Of a DNA stretch of 18,769 bases, positions 1 to 7,827 are shown piece after piece. The position numbers and the translations under genes were made by a program. The notes below the pieces were generated by a model. The model saw only the letters and a list, made by a program, of their open reading frames with translations. It had not been told where the DNA came from and searched no databases. Every line of letters begins with the position of its first letter. Position 1 is the first letter of the stretch. The DNA is from Deltaproteobacteria bacterium TL4 (GTDB lineage Bacteria > SAR324 > NAC60-12). The stretch covers positions 1-18,769 of the forward strand of contig JBBCAX010000420.1 of assembly GCA_051382335.1 (NCBI GenBank), given 5' to 3'.

Positions 1-152
1 GGCACCTTTCAAAATCCTGGATAAGTAGTTTACAGTTTGAACGAGTCTTTGTCATTCCCGCGAACGCGGGAATCCAGAAGCTACGGACTGAAGATGGATT
101 CCCGCGTTCGCGGGAATGACAACACAGTGTCAACTGGGAAATGAAAGGTGCC
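1..152. mobile_element. MITE-like element A (terminal inverted repeats enclosing a REP-like palindrome)
   Basis: GGCACCTTTCA (1-11) is the exact reverse complement of TGAAAGGTGCC (142-152). No transposase ORF lies inside. The left flank is outside the window, so a TSD cannot be checked. Confidence 0.65.
49..122. repeat. REP/dRS3-like palindrome pair (ATTCCCGC-N4-GCGGGAAT)
   Basis: Perfect 28-bp inverted repeat, TTGTCATTCCCGCGAACGCGGGAATCCA (49-76) versus 95-122. Each arm is itself a hairpin and fits the ATTCCC-N8-GGGAAT pattern of Neisseria dRS3-type repeats. Confidence 0.9.
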
Positions 153-154
153 CG

Positions 155-325
155 TTTTTGGGCATGGATTACATCGGAAGTGAAATTGAGGAACCGTTTG
201 GCCTTGAAGATAATGATTTGCCGCTGGAAGCGCTTTCACGCTCCATTGAAATTGATCTGAGATGGTATTTGGGAGAAACTCATCTTCCTCAGCCGCTTCA
301 GCCAGAAAATTCAGTTTTATATTAA
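155..325 (+). pseudogene. C-terminal fragment of a bestrophin/YneE-family ion channel, cut off from its 5' part by element A
   Basis: FLGMDYIGSEIEEPFGLEDNDLPLEALSRSIEIDLR...LPQPLQP matches the bacterial bestrophin C-terminal E-x-PFG-x-x-x-NDLPL motif. The 13 upstream codons of ORF 116-325 derive from the repeat element. Confidence 0.75.
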
Positions 326-331
326 CGGCTT

Positions 332-417
332 TGCCCCAGATTTTCGGGGATAGACGCAGAGAAAAGGATTCCCTTCTTTATAAAATAATCTGCGGTTATC
401 CGTGTCAATCGGCGGTT
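332..417. repeat. Degenerate palindromic repeat (CGCAGA...TCTGCG type)
   Basis: Left arm TGCCCCAGATTTTCGGGGATAGACGCAGAG (332-361) pairs imperfectly (about two thirds) with ATCTGCGGTTATCCGTGTCAATCGGCGGTT (388-417). The ~10-nt periodic ATCYGYG units resemble repeats I recall next to GxxExxY-protein genes. Confidence 0.5.
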
Positions 418-456
418 GAATAGTCAGGTTTTATTTTAGGTTGTTGAGGAAAGTTT

Positions 457-1971
457 ATGGAGCCATATTGGATTAAAACCCGTAATGCTGAGCCTGTGTT
501 GTGCCACCAGGTTCCTGCTTTGCCGCGTCAGGAGTTTCATCCGACCTTAACTGCGGCGTTAGAAGAAGGTAAACGGGTTGTCGCCTATTTTGGAATGACC
601 GTTGAAGCCGGAGTTAGAGTATTCGCTGTCTGTGCCAACGATCCCCATTCCGAATTGTGGATCACGTCAACGTTGTTTGAAGCGGGACAAAACGTGTTTC
701 CCTCTCTGGCCATCCGTTATCCTTCAATCCAGTTGTTTGAAAGAGAACTCTACGAACAATTTGGCTTGTTTCCCCAGGATCATCCCTGGCTCAAACCTGT
801 ACGCTTTGAACATGAGCGCAAACAGGCGGGGGGCCTCCACGCCTATCCTTTTTTCCGCATGGATGGCGAGGAAGTTCACGAAGTAGGTGTGGGGCCTGTA
901 CATGCGGGAGTGATTGAACCCGGTCATTTTCGGTTTCAATGTCATGGGGAGACCGTGTTTCATTTGGAAATCCAATTGGGGTATCAGCATCGGGGAATTG
1001 AAAATCTGTTTGTGCAAAAGCCCTTATTGCGACAGGCAACCCTGGCGGAATCCATCACGGGAGACACCTCCGTGGGACACGTCTGGGCCTACACGCAGGC
1101 TGTGGAAGCGCTGACAGGAGTGACACCTCCTGAACGAGCACAGTGGCTGAGAGTGATCGCTTTGGAGTTGGAGCGCCTGGGCATGCACGTTGGGGATTTG
1201 GGGGCAATTTCCGGAGATATTGCTTTTTTGCCAGGACAGGCGGTTTATGGACGTTTGCGTACCGCAGTAATCAATACCTCCATGGTCTTGTCCGGAAGTC
1301 GTTTTGGCCGTGGATTCATTCGCCCCGGGGGTGTTGTCTATGACGCGGAACCTCAATTTCTGGCGGAACACTTGCCTCACATGCTCGTTTCGATGGAAAA
1401 AGACATGGACGGGATCAATGAATTGTTACTGGAAAGTACCAGTGTTTTATCCCGCTTGGAACAGACCGGAATTTTAAGTCAGGAAGTCGCTGCCTCCATT
1501 GGGGTTGTGGGCTTTATTGCCAGAAGTTCGGGCATCGCCATGGATGTCCGACAGGACCACTCCTTTGGCCGTTATGCTGCATTGAAAGCAAAAATAGGAG
1601 GGATTCCAACTGTTCGTTGGGGTGATGTTGAAGCCCGTACCAAATTGAGAATCAGTGAAGCCAAACAATCCATCCAGCTCATTTGGCTGTCGCTGGTACA
1701 TCTTGGCGAACAGCCTGCTATTTCAGTGCCTTGTACCGCTGATAAAATCCAGCCCGATTCCCTGGTGGTTTCGATGGTTGAAGGCTGGCGGGGCGAAATC
1801 GCTCATTGTGTGATTACCGGTTCTGCCGGTGAAACCCTGCGCTACAAAATCAAGGACCCCTCATTTCATAACTGGTTTGGGCTGGCTCTGGCCATGCGAA
1901 ATAACGGGATCTCGGATTTTCCCCTGTGCAACAAGAGTTTTAATCAGTCCTATAGTGGCTTTGACCTGTAA
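457..1971 (+). CDS. ehrL: Ehr complex large subunit (HycE/HyfG-like, NuoC-NuoD fusion) lacking NiFe-binding cysteines
   Basis: N-terminal NuoC-like domain (FERELYEQFGL..HPWLKPVR), then GPVHAGVIEPGHFRF, LGYQHRGIE, VEGWRGE and RYKIKDPSFHNW. The L1 site reads AESITGDT rather than xRxCGxC, and the C-terminus reads DFPLCNKSFNQSYSGFDL rather than DPCxxC. RBS GAGGA at 446-450. Confidence 0.92.
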   Translation: MEPYWIKTRNAEPVLCHQVPALPRQEFHPTLTAALEEGKRVVAYFGMTVEAGVRVFAVCANDPHSELWITSTLFEAGQNVFPSLAIRYPSIQLFERELYEQFGLFPQDHPWLKPVRFEHERKQAGGLHAYPFFRMDGEEVHEVGVGPVHAGVIEPGHFRFQCHGETVFHLEIQLGYQHRGIENLFVQKPLLRQATLAESITGDTSVGHVWAYTQAVEALTGVTPPERAQWLRVIALELERLGMHVGDLGAISGDIAFLPGQAVYGRLRTAVINTSMVLSGSRFGRGFIRPGGVVYDAEPQFLAEHLPHMLVSMEKDMDGINELLLESTSVLSRLEQTGILSQEVAASIGVVGFIARSSGIAMDVRQDHSFGRYAALKAKIGGIPTVRWGDVEARTKLRISEAKQSIQLIWLSLVHLGEQPAISVPCTADKIQPDSLVVSMVEGWRGEIAHCVITGSAGETLRYKIKDPSFHNWFGLALAMRNNGISDFPLCNKSFNQSYSGFDL

Positions 1972-1986
1972 GGAGCAGAACACCCG

Positions 1987-2739
1987 ATGTTGAATACTCT
2001 CAAAGTGCGTTGGGCACATGGCTATCAAACACTCGATCATATCCGGCAAGTCGCCTTGAATCCAAGATTTCGAGGCGTGCCCGTAATCGATAACACCCCC
2101 TGCGAGGCGGAGTGTCAATCCTGCGCCGAGGCTTGCCCAACCCAGGCGATTCAGCTTGATCCCGTGAGACTGGATCTGGGGAAGTGTGCCTTCTGCGGAG
2201 AGTGTCCAAGGATTTGTCCCGCGGAAAAAATTCATTTTACTGCCGATTATCATCTGGCCAGTAATGAGCGTGAGACCTTGGTGGTCGACTCGGAAAATTC
2301 ACTCAAAGCCGTGCGGGTGAAAGAAAAAATTCAACAGTTGTTTGGACGTTCTCTCAAGCTGCGATCTGTATCCGCGGGCGGCTGCAACGGATGTGAACTG
2401 GAATTGAACGCCCTGGCCAATGTGAATTTTGATATGGGACGCTTTGGTATCGAGTTTACCGCATCGCCCCGTCACGCGGACGGTTTGGTTTTGAGCGGAC
2501 CGATTTCTGAAAACATGGCTAACGCTCTGCAAGGGACTTATGACGCGATTCCTGCCCCCAAAATCGTGATTGCGGTCGGAACCTGTGGGATCAGCGGAGG
2601 CGTGTTTGCCTCTTCATCGGCCCTGAATCGTCAGTTTCTCAACCAAATTCCTGTAGATTTGTATATTCCTGGATGTCCGCCTCATCCTCTCACCTTTCTC
2701 AATGGGATCCTGGATCTCTTGGGAAAAAAGTATTCATAA
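1987..2739 (+). CDS. ehrS: Ehr small subunit: 2x[4Fe-4S] ferredoxin domain (HycF/NuoI-like) fused to a HycG/HyfI/NuoB-like domain
   Basis: CEAECQSCAEACP and CAFCGECPRICP, followed by SAGGCNGCELE, SPRHADGL, GTCGISGG and PGCPPHP. RBS AAGGAG lies upstream. Confidence 0.92.
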   Translation: MLNTLKVRWAHGYQTLDHIRQVALNPRFRGVPVIDNTPCEAECQSCAEACPTQAIQLDPVRLDLGKCAFCGECPRICPAEKIHFTADYHLASNERETLVVDSENSLKAVRVKEKIQQLFGRSLKLRSVSAGGCNGCELELNALANVNFDMGRFGIEFTASPRHADGLVLSGPISENMANALQGTYDAIPAPKIVIAVGTCGISGGVFASSSALNRQFLNQIPVDLYIPGCPPHPLTFLNGILDLLGKKYS

Positions 2740-2751
2740 AAAAGGTCATCG

Positions 2752-3675
2752 ATGTCGTATGGAATCAACACTTCGCTTCATTTGTTACTGATGCTGGTTT
2801 TTCCCTTCCTGTTTGTGGGAATCATCAACCGGGTCAAAGCCAAAATGACTGGTCGTAAAGGCCCCGCTTTGTGGCAATTCGCCTATGATGTACTCCGACT
2901 CATGAAAAAGGAGCAGGTCATCAGCCGTGAAACCACCTGGATCTTCCAAATGGCGCCAGTCCTCAATCTGAGCGTGATTATTTTTGCGGGGTTGATGGTA
3001 CCCATGGGGAAACAACCTCCCTTGATTTCGTTTTCGCTGGATTTCGTGTTTTTTGCCTATCTTCTGGGCTTGGGCAAATTTTTCATGATCCTGGCGGCTT
3101 TGGATACGGGAAGTTCCTTTGAAGGCATGGGGGCCAGTCGGGAAGCCACCTTTTCAACCTTGATAGAGCCGGCGTTTTTCATCCTCATGGGGACCCTGGC
3201 TTTGGGGTCACAGCAGACGTCCTTTGCCCACCTGTTTGAACTGTATTCGATCTCTGGTCCCAAGATCGTTTTGATTTACGGACTGGCACTGGTGGTTCTC
3301 TTTATGATGATTTTGACAGAAGGCAGTCGTGTTCCGGTGGATGACCCCAACACGCATCTGGAATTGACCATGATCCATGAAGTCATGATTCTGGACCACA
3401 GCGGCCCTGATTTGGGCTTGATCCTTTATGGACATGCACTGAAACTGATTGTGTTCGCCTCACTCATTTCCTGTTTGCTGATCCCAACCGGCTGGGAATG
3501 GCCGATGGCTTATGGTGCCACCATGGGAACCTTTATTTTGACCGCGGGAAGCATTGGGCTTATTGAATCCGTGATGGCCCGTTTGCGGATGGCCTTCGTC
3601 CCCATGTTTGTGATTTCCGCTTCAATTTTAAGTTTGCTGGTGTTGGTGGTGATGACCATGGAGGGAGGCTTATGA
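2752..3675 (+). CDS. hyfC: HyfC/HycD (NuoH-like) membrane subunit of the Ehr complex
   Basis: Motifs RKGPALWQ..D..RL.KK, ALDTGSSFEGMGASRE, E.SRVPVDDPNTHLELTMIHEVMILDHSG and ES.MARLR. Multiple TM helices. Confidence 0.92.
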   Translation: MSYGINTSLHLLLMLVFPFLFVGIINRVKAKMTGRKGPALWQFAYDVLRLMKKEQVISRETTWIFQMAPVLNLSVIIFAGLMVPMGKQPPLISFSLDFVFFAYLLGLGKFFMILAALDTGSSFEGMGASREATFSTLIEPAFFILMGTLALGSQQTSFAHLFELYSISGPKIVLIYGLALVVLFMMILTEGSRVPVDDPNTHLELTMIHEVMILDHSGPDLGLILYGHALKLIVFASLISCLLIPTGWEWPMAYGATMGTFILTAGSIGLIESVMARLRMAFVPMFVISASILSLLVLVVMTMEGGL

Positions 3676-4313
3676 GCAATGTACTCCTGATTTGTTTTGG
3701 GTTGACCTTACTCCCCTTGTGTGTAGCCGGACGGTTGTCGTTATTGCTTCGGTTGCTGGTCCTGCAGGGCCTCATTCTATTTGCCATTGCTCTGGTTAAT
3801 CTGGAAGTGGGGGATTGGACACATCTCCTGCTGGTGGCGTTGGAAACCTTGGTGTTCAAAACCATCCTGATCCCCTGGTCTCTGAAGAAAACAATTGTGT
3901 ACAATCACATGCGTCGTGATGTGGAAGCTTATGTTCCGGATTTGATTTCCCTGTTAGTAGGCTTGATTCTTCTGCTGGGTGGTTTTTTCTTCGCGCAATG
4001 GGTCTATCAGCGCGCCCAATATGTGCAACCGCTACACTTTGGTTTGGCCTTTTCCGCCATTGGCGTTGGCCTTTTTTTGATGCTGACTCGTAAAAAACTC
4101 ATCACGCATCTGATTGGCTACATGGCGATGGAGAACGGTATTTTCCTGCTATCCCTGGCAGTCGCCGTGGAGTTGCCTTTTTTGGTCAGTCTGGGAGTGC
4201 TGCTGGATATCTTTATGGTCATCTTATTGAGCGGTCTCTTCATCAACCGTATCCATTCAACGTTTGAAGATGAACAACTGGGTGTGGAAAATCTTACCTC
4301 ACTCAAGCATTAA
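3672..4313 (+). CDS. hyfE: HyfE-like membrane subunit (NuoK/MrpC-related)
   Basis: Hydrophobic 213-aa protein with LQG, K..LIP, IGYMAMENGIFL and ELP...LGVLLD motifs. ATGA overlap with hyfC. Confidence 0.85.
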   Translation: MSNVLLICFGLTLLPLCVAGRLSLLLRLLVLQGLILFAIALVNLEVGDWTHLLLVALETLVFKTILIPWSLKKTIVYNHMRRDVEAYVPDLISLLVGLILLLGGFFFAQWVYQRAQYVQPLHFGLAFSAIGVGLFLMLTRKKLITHLIGYMAMENGIFLLSLAVAVELPFLVSLGVLLDIFMVILLSGLFINRIHSTFEDEQLGVENLTSLKH

Positions 4314-4337
4314 ATTTCATATTGGAGAAGGTTCCCT

Positions 4338-5795
4338 ATGTCTGAGACGGAAATTTTTTATCTGGTGTTGTTTTTGTTGCCGATGGTGACAGGAATCCTG
4401 ATCTATGTGGCGATGTTTCTCAAAATCCAGATTCCTTATCATTATGTGTTGCCTGGAATGATGGCAATTCATCTGTCCCTGGTTCTCAGTTGTTGGGTAC
4501 GGCCCTATCCGGACATGCATTGGTTTCGGCTGGATGATGTCAATTTATTATTTCTCACAGTGCTGTCCTTCGCCTTTTTTGCGGTGGCCCTGTTCTCTGT
4601 AGATTTTCTGAGGCAATTTGAACGGGGACCGCATACCAAAATCTTTGTCGCCAACCTGTGTTTTTCCCTCCTTTGCGCCAGTGTTGCCTTGACGAGCAAT
4701 CACATCGGACTAACGTGGGTGTTTATTGAAGGCACCACCTTGACCCTGGCGACTTCAATTGCTTATTACCGTAATGAACATGCGTTGGAAGGGGCGTGGA
4801 AATACATTTTTATTTGCTCGGTAGGGATTGCGTTGGCCTTTGTGGGCATTTTGCTGTTGGCGTTAGCCATTGCTGGGAAATCGGAACTCACTGGTGCCTT
4901 GTTCTATACCAATCTGCAGCATCTGGCACCCGAGTTGCCCTCCTTCTGGCTCAAAATCTCGTTTACTTTTTTATTTGTGGGATACTCCTCCAAAATTGGG
5001 GTGATTCCTTTCTATACGGTGGATATTGATGCCAAGGATGTGGCGCCTTCCCAGATTGGAGGCTTGATTTCCAGCAGTTTGGGACTGGTGGGATTAATGG
5101 CGGTATTGAGATATTATCAGGTGCTGGTCGGGGATAGCCGTTTATTTGCTTCGCGTCTGTTCCTTTTAACCGGTATCGCTTCGATCATTCTGGCCGCGGC
5201 TTACATGCTTCGGGTGCAGAATTACAAACGCATGCTGGCCTATTCCAGCATGGAACACTATGGTCTCATTCTGATCGGGTTTGGTTGCGGAATTCCCGCG
5301 ACCGCCTTACTCCACATCGTCGGACATTCCTTGACGAAGATTTCTTTGTTTTTTACGGCCGGTTTGTTTTTTCGCAAATACCAAACCAAGAACATTGCCG
5401 ACATCCAGGGTTTGTGCTATCGCGAACCCATTCTGGGATGGATCTGGCTGGCAGGCTTTGCCAGCAGTATTGGCTTGCCCCCGTTCAGTATTTTCTTCAG
5501 TGAATTTCAGTTGTTTCGGCATTTGGTGATTCAAGAAAACTGGGTACTGGTGGCTCTGCTCAGTGTGTTCATGACCGTCATCATCAAGGGCATGGCCAAA
5601 AACATCTTCAGTATGTCCTTTGGACCTCCAACCGAAGAACCTCGACTACACTTGCGCTTCTACGGAAAATTATCGTTATTCCTGCAGGGATTGTGTCTGG
5701 TGGGCGTGATTGTCTTGGGACTTCATGTGCTGGCTTCCGGTACGTTTATGAGCGAATTTCTACCACGAGCGGCAACACTCTTTCAGCAACCTTAA
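4338..5795 (+). CDS. hyfF: HyfF-like proton-translocating antiporter subunit (NuoM/N, MrpD family)
   Basis: Motifs WVFIEGTTL, ALEGAWKYIFICSVGIALA, KRMLAYSSMEH, GHSLTK and GLPPFSIFFSEF. RBS GGAGAAGG. Confidence 0.88.
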   Translation: MSETEIFYLVLFLLPMVTGILIYVAMFLKIQIPYHYVLPGMMAIHLSLVLSCWVRPYPDMHWFRLDDVNLLFLTVLSFAFFAVALFSVDFLRQFERGPHTKIFVANLCFSLLCASVALTSNHIGLTWVFIEGTTLTLATSIAYYRNEHALEGAWKYIFICSVGIALAFVGILLLALAIAGKSELTGALFYTNLQHLAPELPSFWLKISFTFLFVGYSSKIGVIPFYTVDIDAKDVAPSQIGGLISSSLGLVGLMAVLRYYQVLVGDSRLFASRLFLLTGIASIILAAAYMLRVQNYKRMLAYSSMEHYGLILIGFGCGIPATALLHIVGHSLTKISLFFTAGLFFRKYQTKNIADIQGLCYREPILGWIWLAGFASSIGLPPFSIFFSEFQLFRHLVIQENWVLVALLSVFMTVIIKGMAKNIFSMSFGPPTEEPRLHLRFYGKLSLFLQGLCLVGVIVLGLHVLASGTFMSEFLPRAATLFQQP

Positions 5796-5810
5796 GCTTT
5801 GAAGACTGTG

Positions 5811-7814
5811 ATGATTTTGTTTTGGACAGGATGTGTACTGATTGGGCTGGGAGGCGTATGCGGGTTGAGGGTGCCTGACGCCTGGAAAGGGCGGATTTCG
5901 GTGACAGGCTTGATTTCCGGTTCACTCCTGGTCGCGGGGGTCGCGGTTAGAATTCTATTGCGAAATCAGCCGCTGAGCTTTTCCCCTCCGTTTCTGGAGG
6001 GCCCCTCTCCCTGGATCGTGATTGATGGTCTTTCCGCTTTTTTCATGGTGTCGATTGTCTTTTTGGGCAGTGTGGGCGGAGTGTATGGTCTGGGTTATCT
6101 CGCTTCCTACCAGCATCAGAAAAGAATGCTGGGAATCCACTGGTTTTCCTGGAACATGCTCACGTTGGCCTTGTTGGGTGTGGTCAGCTTTCAGCAGACT
6201 CTGGCCTTTTTGATCAGTTGGGAGTTGATGATGATGTTCACACTCCTGTTGGTGTTTTTTGAACATGAGAAAGAGGAAGTATTTCAGGCGGGAATGGTTT
6301 ACCTGATTGCGATGCATGTCGGTTTTTTGCTGTTGGTCCTGGGCTTTTCCCTCTGTATTGAGACCGCGGGATCGTGGTTTTTCAGCGATTTTCATCTGGG
6401 AGGCCAGTCTTTCGAAAAACGGACTCTGATTTTTAGCTTATTGGGCTTGGGATTTGGGATCAAAGCCGGTTTCATTCCGTTGCACACCTGGCTTCCACAG
6501 GCACATCCCGTAGCACCCAGTCACGTTTCCGCCTTCATGTCAGGAGTTGTGATCAAGACCGGCATTTACGGGATCTTCCGGACACTCACCTTTTTTGAGG
6601 TACCGGATCGTTCCTGGGGACAAAGCATCCTGTTGCTCTCCTTGTTTTCCGCAATCCTGGGTGTGGCGTATGCCTTGGCGCAACACGATCTTAAACGTCT
6701 GCTGGCCTATCACAGTGTAGAAAACATTGGCATCATCGGAATTGGGATCGGGATTGGCATGCTGGGCTGGAACAAGGGAAACAGTTTGGTCATGACCCTT
6801 GGATTTTCTGGCGCCCTGCTCCATGTGTGGAACCATTCGCTGTTCAAAGGGTTGCTGTTTTTAGGAGCCGGTTCGGTCTATCAAGCGACTCATACCCGAA
6901 ACATTGAACAACAGGGCGGTTTAGCCAAACGTATGCCGCAAACCAGCCTGTTTTTTTTGATTGGGGCAACCGCCATCTGCGGTCTGCCGCCTTTTAACGG
7001 GTTTGTCAGTGAATTTCTGATTTATATAGCGCTCTTCCAAAACCTCTTGTCCCAAGTGGAACTGCAATCCAGTTTTTTATCCATTCTGGGAATCATCGGC
7101 CTGTCCCTGGTTGGCGGATTAGCCTTGGCCTGTTTTAGCAAAGCTTATGGAACGGTCTTTCTGGGGAAACCCCGTAGTGCCAAGGCCGTCAAGGCCAAGG
7201 AATGTGCCTTGAGTATGCGGAGTAGCATGGCCGTACTGGCGGGAACGTGTCTGTTGATTGGGCTTCTGCCGCAATATGTGGAACCTTTGCTCCAACTGCC
7301 ACTGAGGACTCTGATTTCCCAGGAATCGCTTTCCTTGGAAACACGCTTCATGCGGGGACAGCTTGTCGCTGTTTCTCAAGCCTCAAGTGGGATGGCCCTG
7401 CTGATTATGGCGCTATGGGGCGTCCGGTATTATGGGGTTGTTAAACAAAGAAACGCCCCTGCGACGGACGCTGTTTCCCTGCCCACCTGGGATTGTGGTT
7501 ATGGCTTGGACTCGCCACGTCTGGAATACACGGCGTCGTCTTTTGCGGATCCGCTGTTGGATTTGGGAAAGGCCGGCCTCAATATTCAGACTCATCAACA
7601 TTTGCCTGAAGACTATTTTCCAGCCCACGCTTCCTTTGAATCTCACAGTGTGGATTGGTTTGAAGTCCGCTTGATCTTGGTCCCGTGGCAACGTTTTCGG
7701 AAAGTTTTATTGAAGTTAGCCCGCACTCAAAGTGGGCGAACCAACATTTATGTATTGTATGGGTTACTCTATATGGGATTGATTGTCTTTTTGGCAATCG
7801 CAGGTTTGTTATGA
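5811..7814 (+). CDS. hyfB: HyfB-like antiporter subunit, copy 1 (NuoL/MrpA family; EhrA)
   Basis: Motifs FLISWELM, GFGIKAGFIPLHTWLPQAHPVAPSHVSA, DLKRLLAYHSVENIG, NHSLFKGLLF, GLPPFNGFVSEF and TWDCGY. The start could be TTG 5799, GTG 5808 or ATG 5811. Confidence 0.9.
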   Translation: MILFWTGCVLIGLGGVCGLRVPDAWKGRISVTGLISGSLLVAGVAVRILLRNQPLSFSPPFLEGPSPWIVIDGLSAFFMVSIVFLGSVGGVYGLGYLASYQHQKRMLGIHWFSWNMLTLALLGVVSFQQTLAFLISWELMMMFTLLLVFFEHEKEEVFQAGMVYLIAMHVGFLLLVLGFSLCIETAGSWFFSDFHLGGQSFEKRTLIFSLLGLGFGIKAGFIPLHTWLPQAHPVAPSHVSAFMSGVVIKTGIYGIFRTLTFFEVPDRSWGQSILLLSLFSAILGVAYALAQHDLKRLLAYHSVENIGIIGIGIGIGMLGWNKGNSLVMTLGFSGALLHVWNHSLFKGLLFLGAGSVYQATHTRNIEQQGGLAKRMPQTSLFFLIGATAICGLPPFNGFVSEFLIYIALFQNLLSQVELQSSFLSILGIIGLSLVGGLALACFSKAYGTVFLGKPRSAKAVKAKECALSMRSSMAVLAGTCLLIGLLPQYVEPLLQLPLRTLISQESLSLETRFMRGQLVAVSQASSGMALLIMALWGVRYYGVVKQRNAPATDAVSLPTWDCGYGLDSPRLEYTASSFADPLLDLGKAGLNIQTHQHLPEDYFPAHASFESHSVDWFEVRLILVPWQRFRKVLLKLARTQSGRTNIYVLYGLLYMGLIVFLAIAGLL

Positions 7815-7827
7815 TCAAGAGGTTGGA

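Noticed and set aside
116..325. 69-aa ORF as an independent small gene
   Set aside because: Its start and first 13 codons lie within the repeat element, and the rest is a bestrophin C-terminal fragment.
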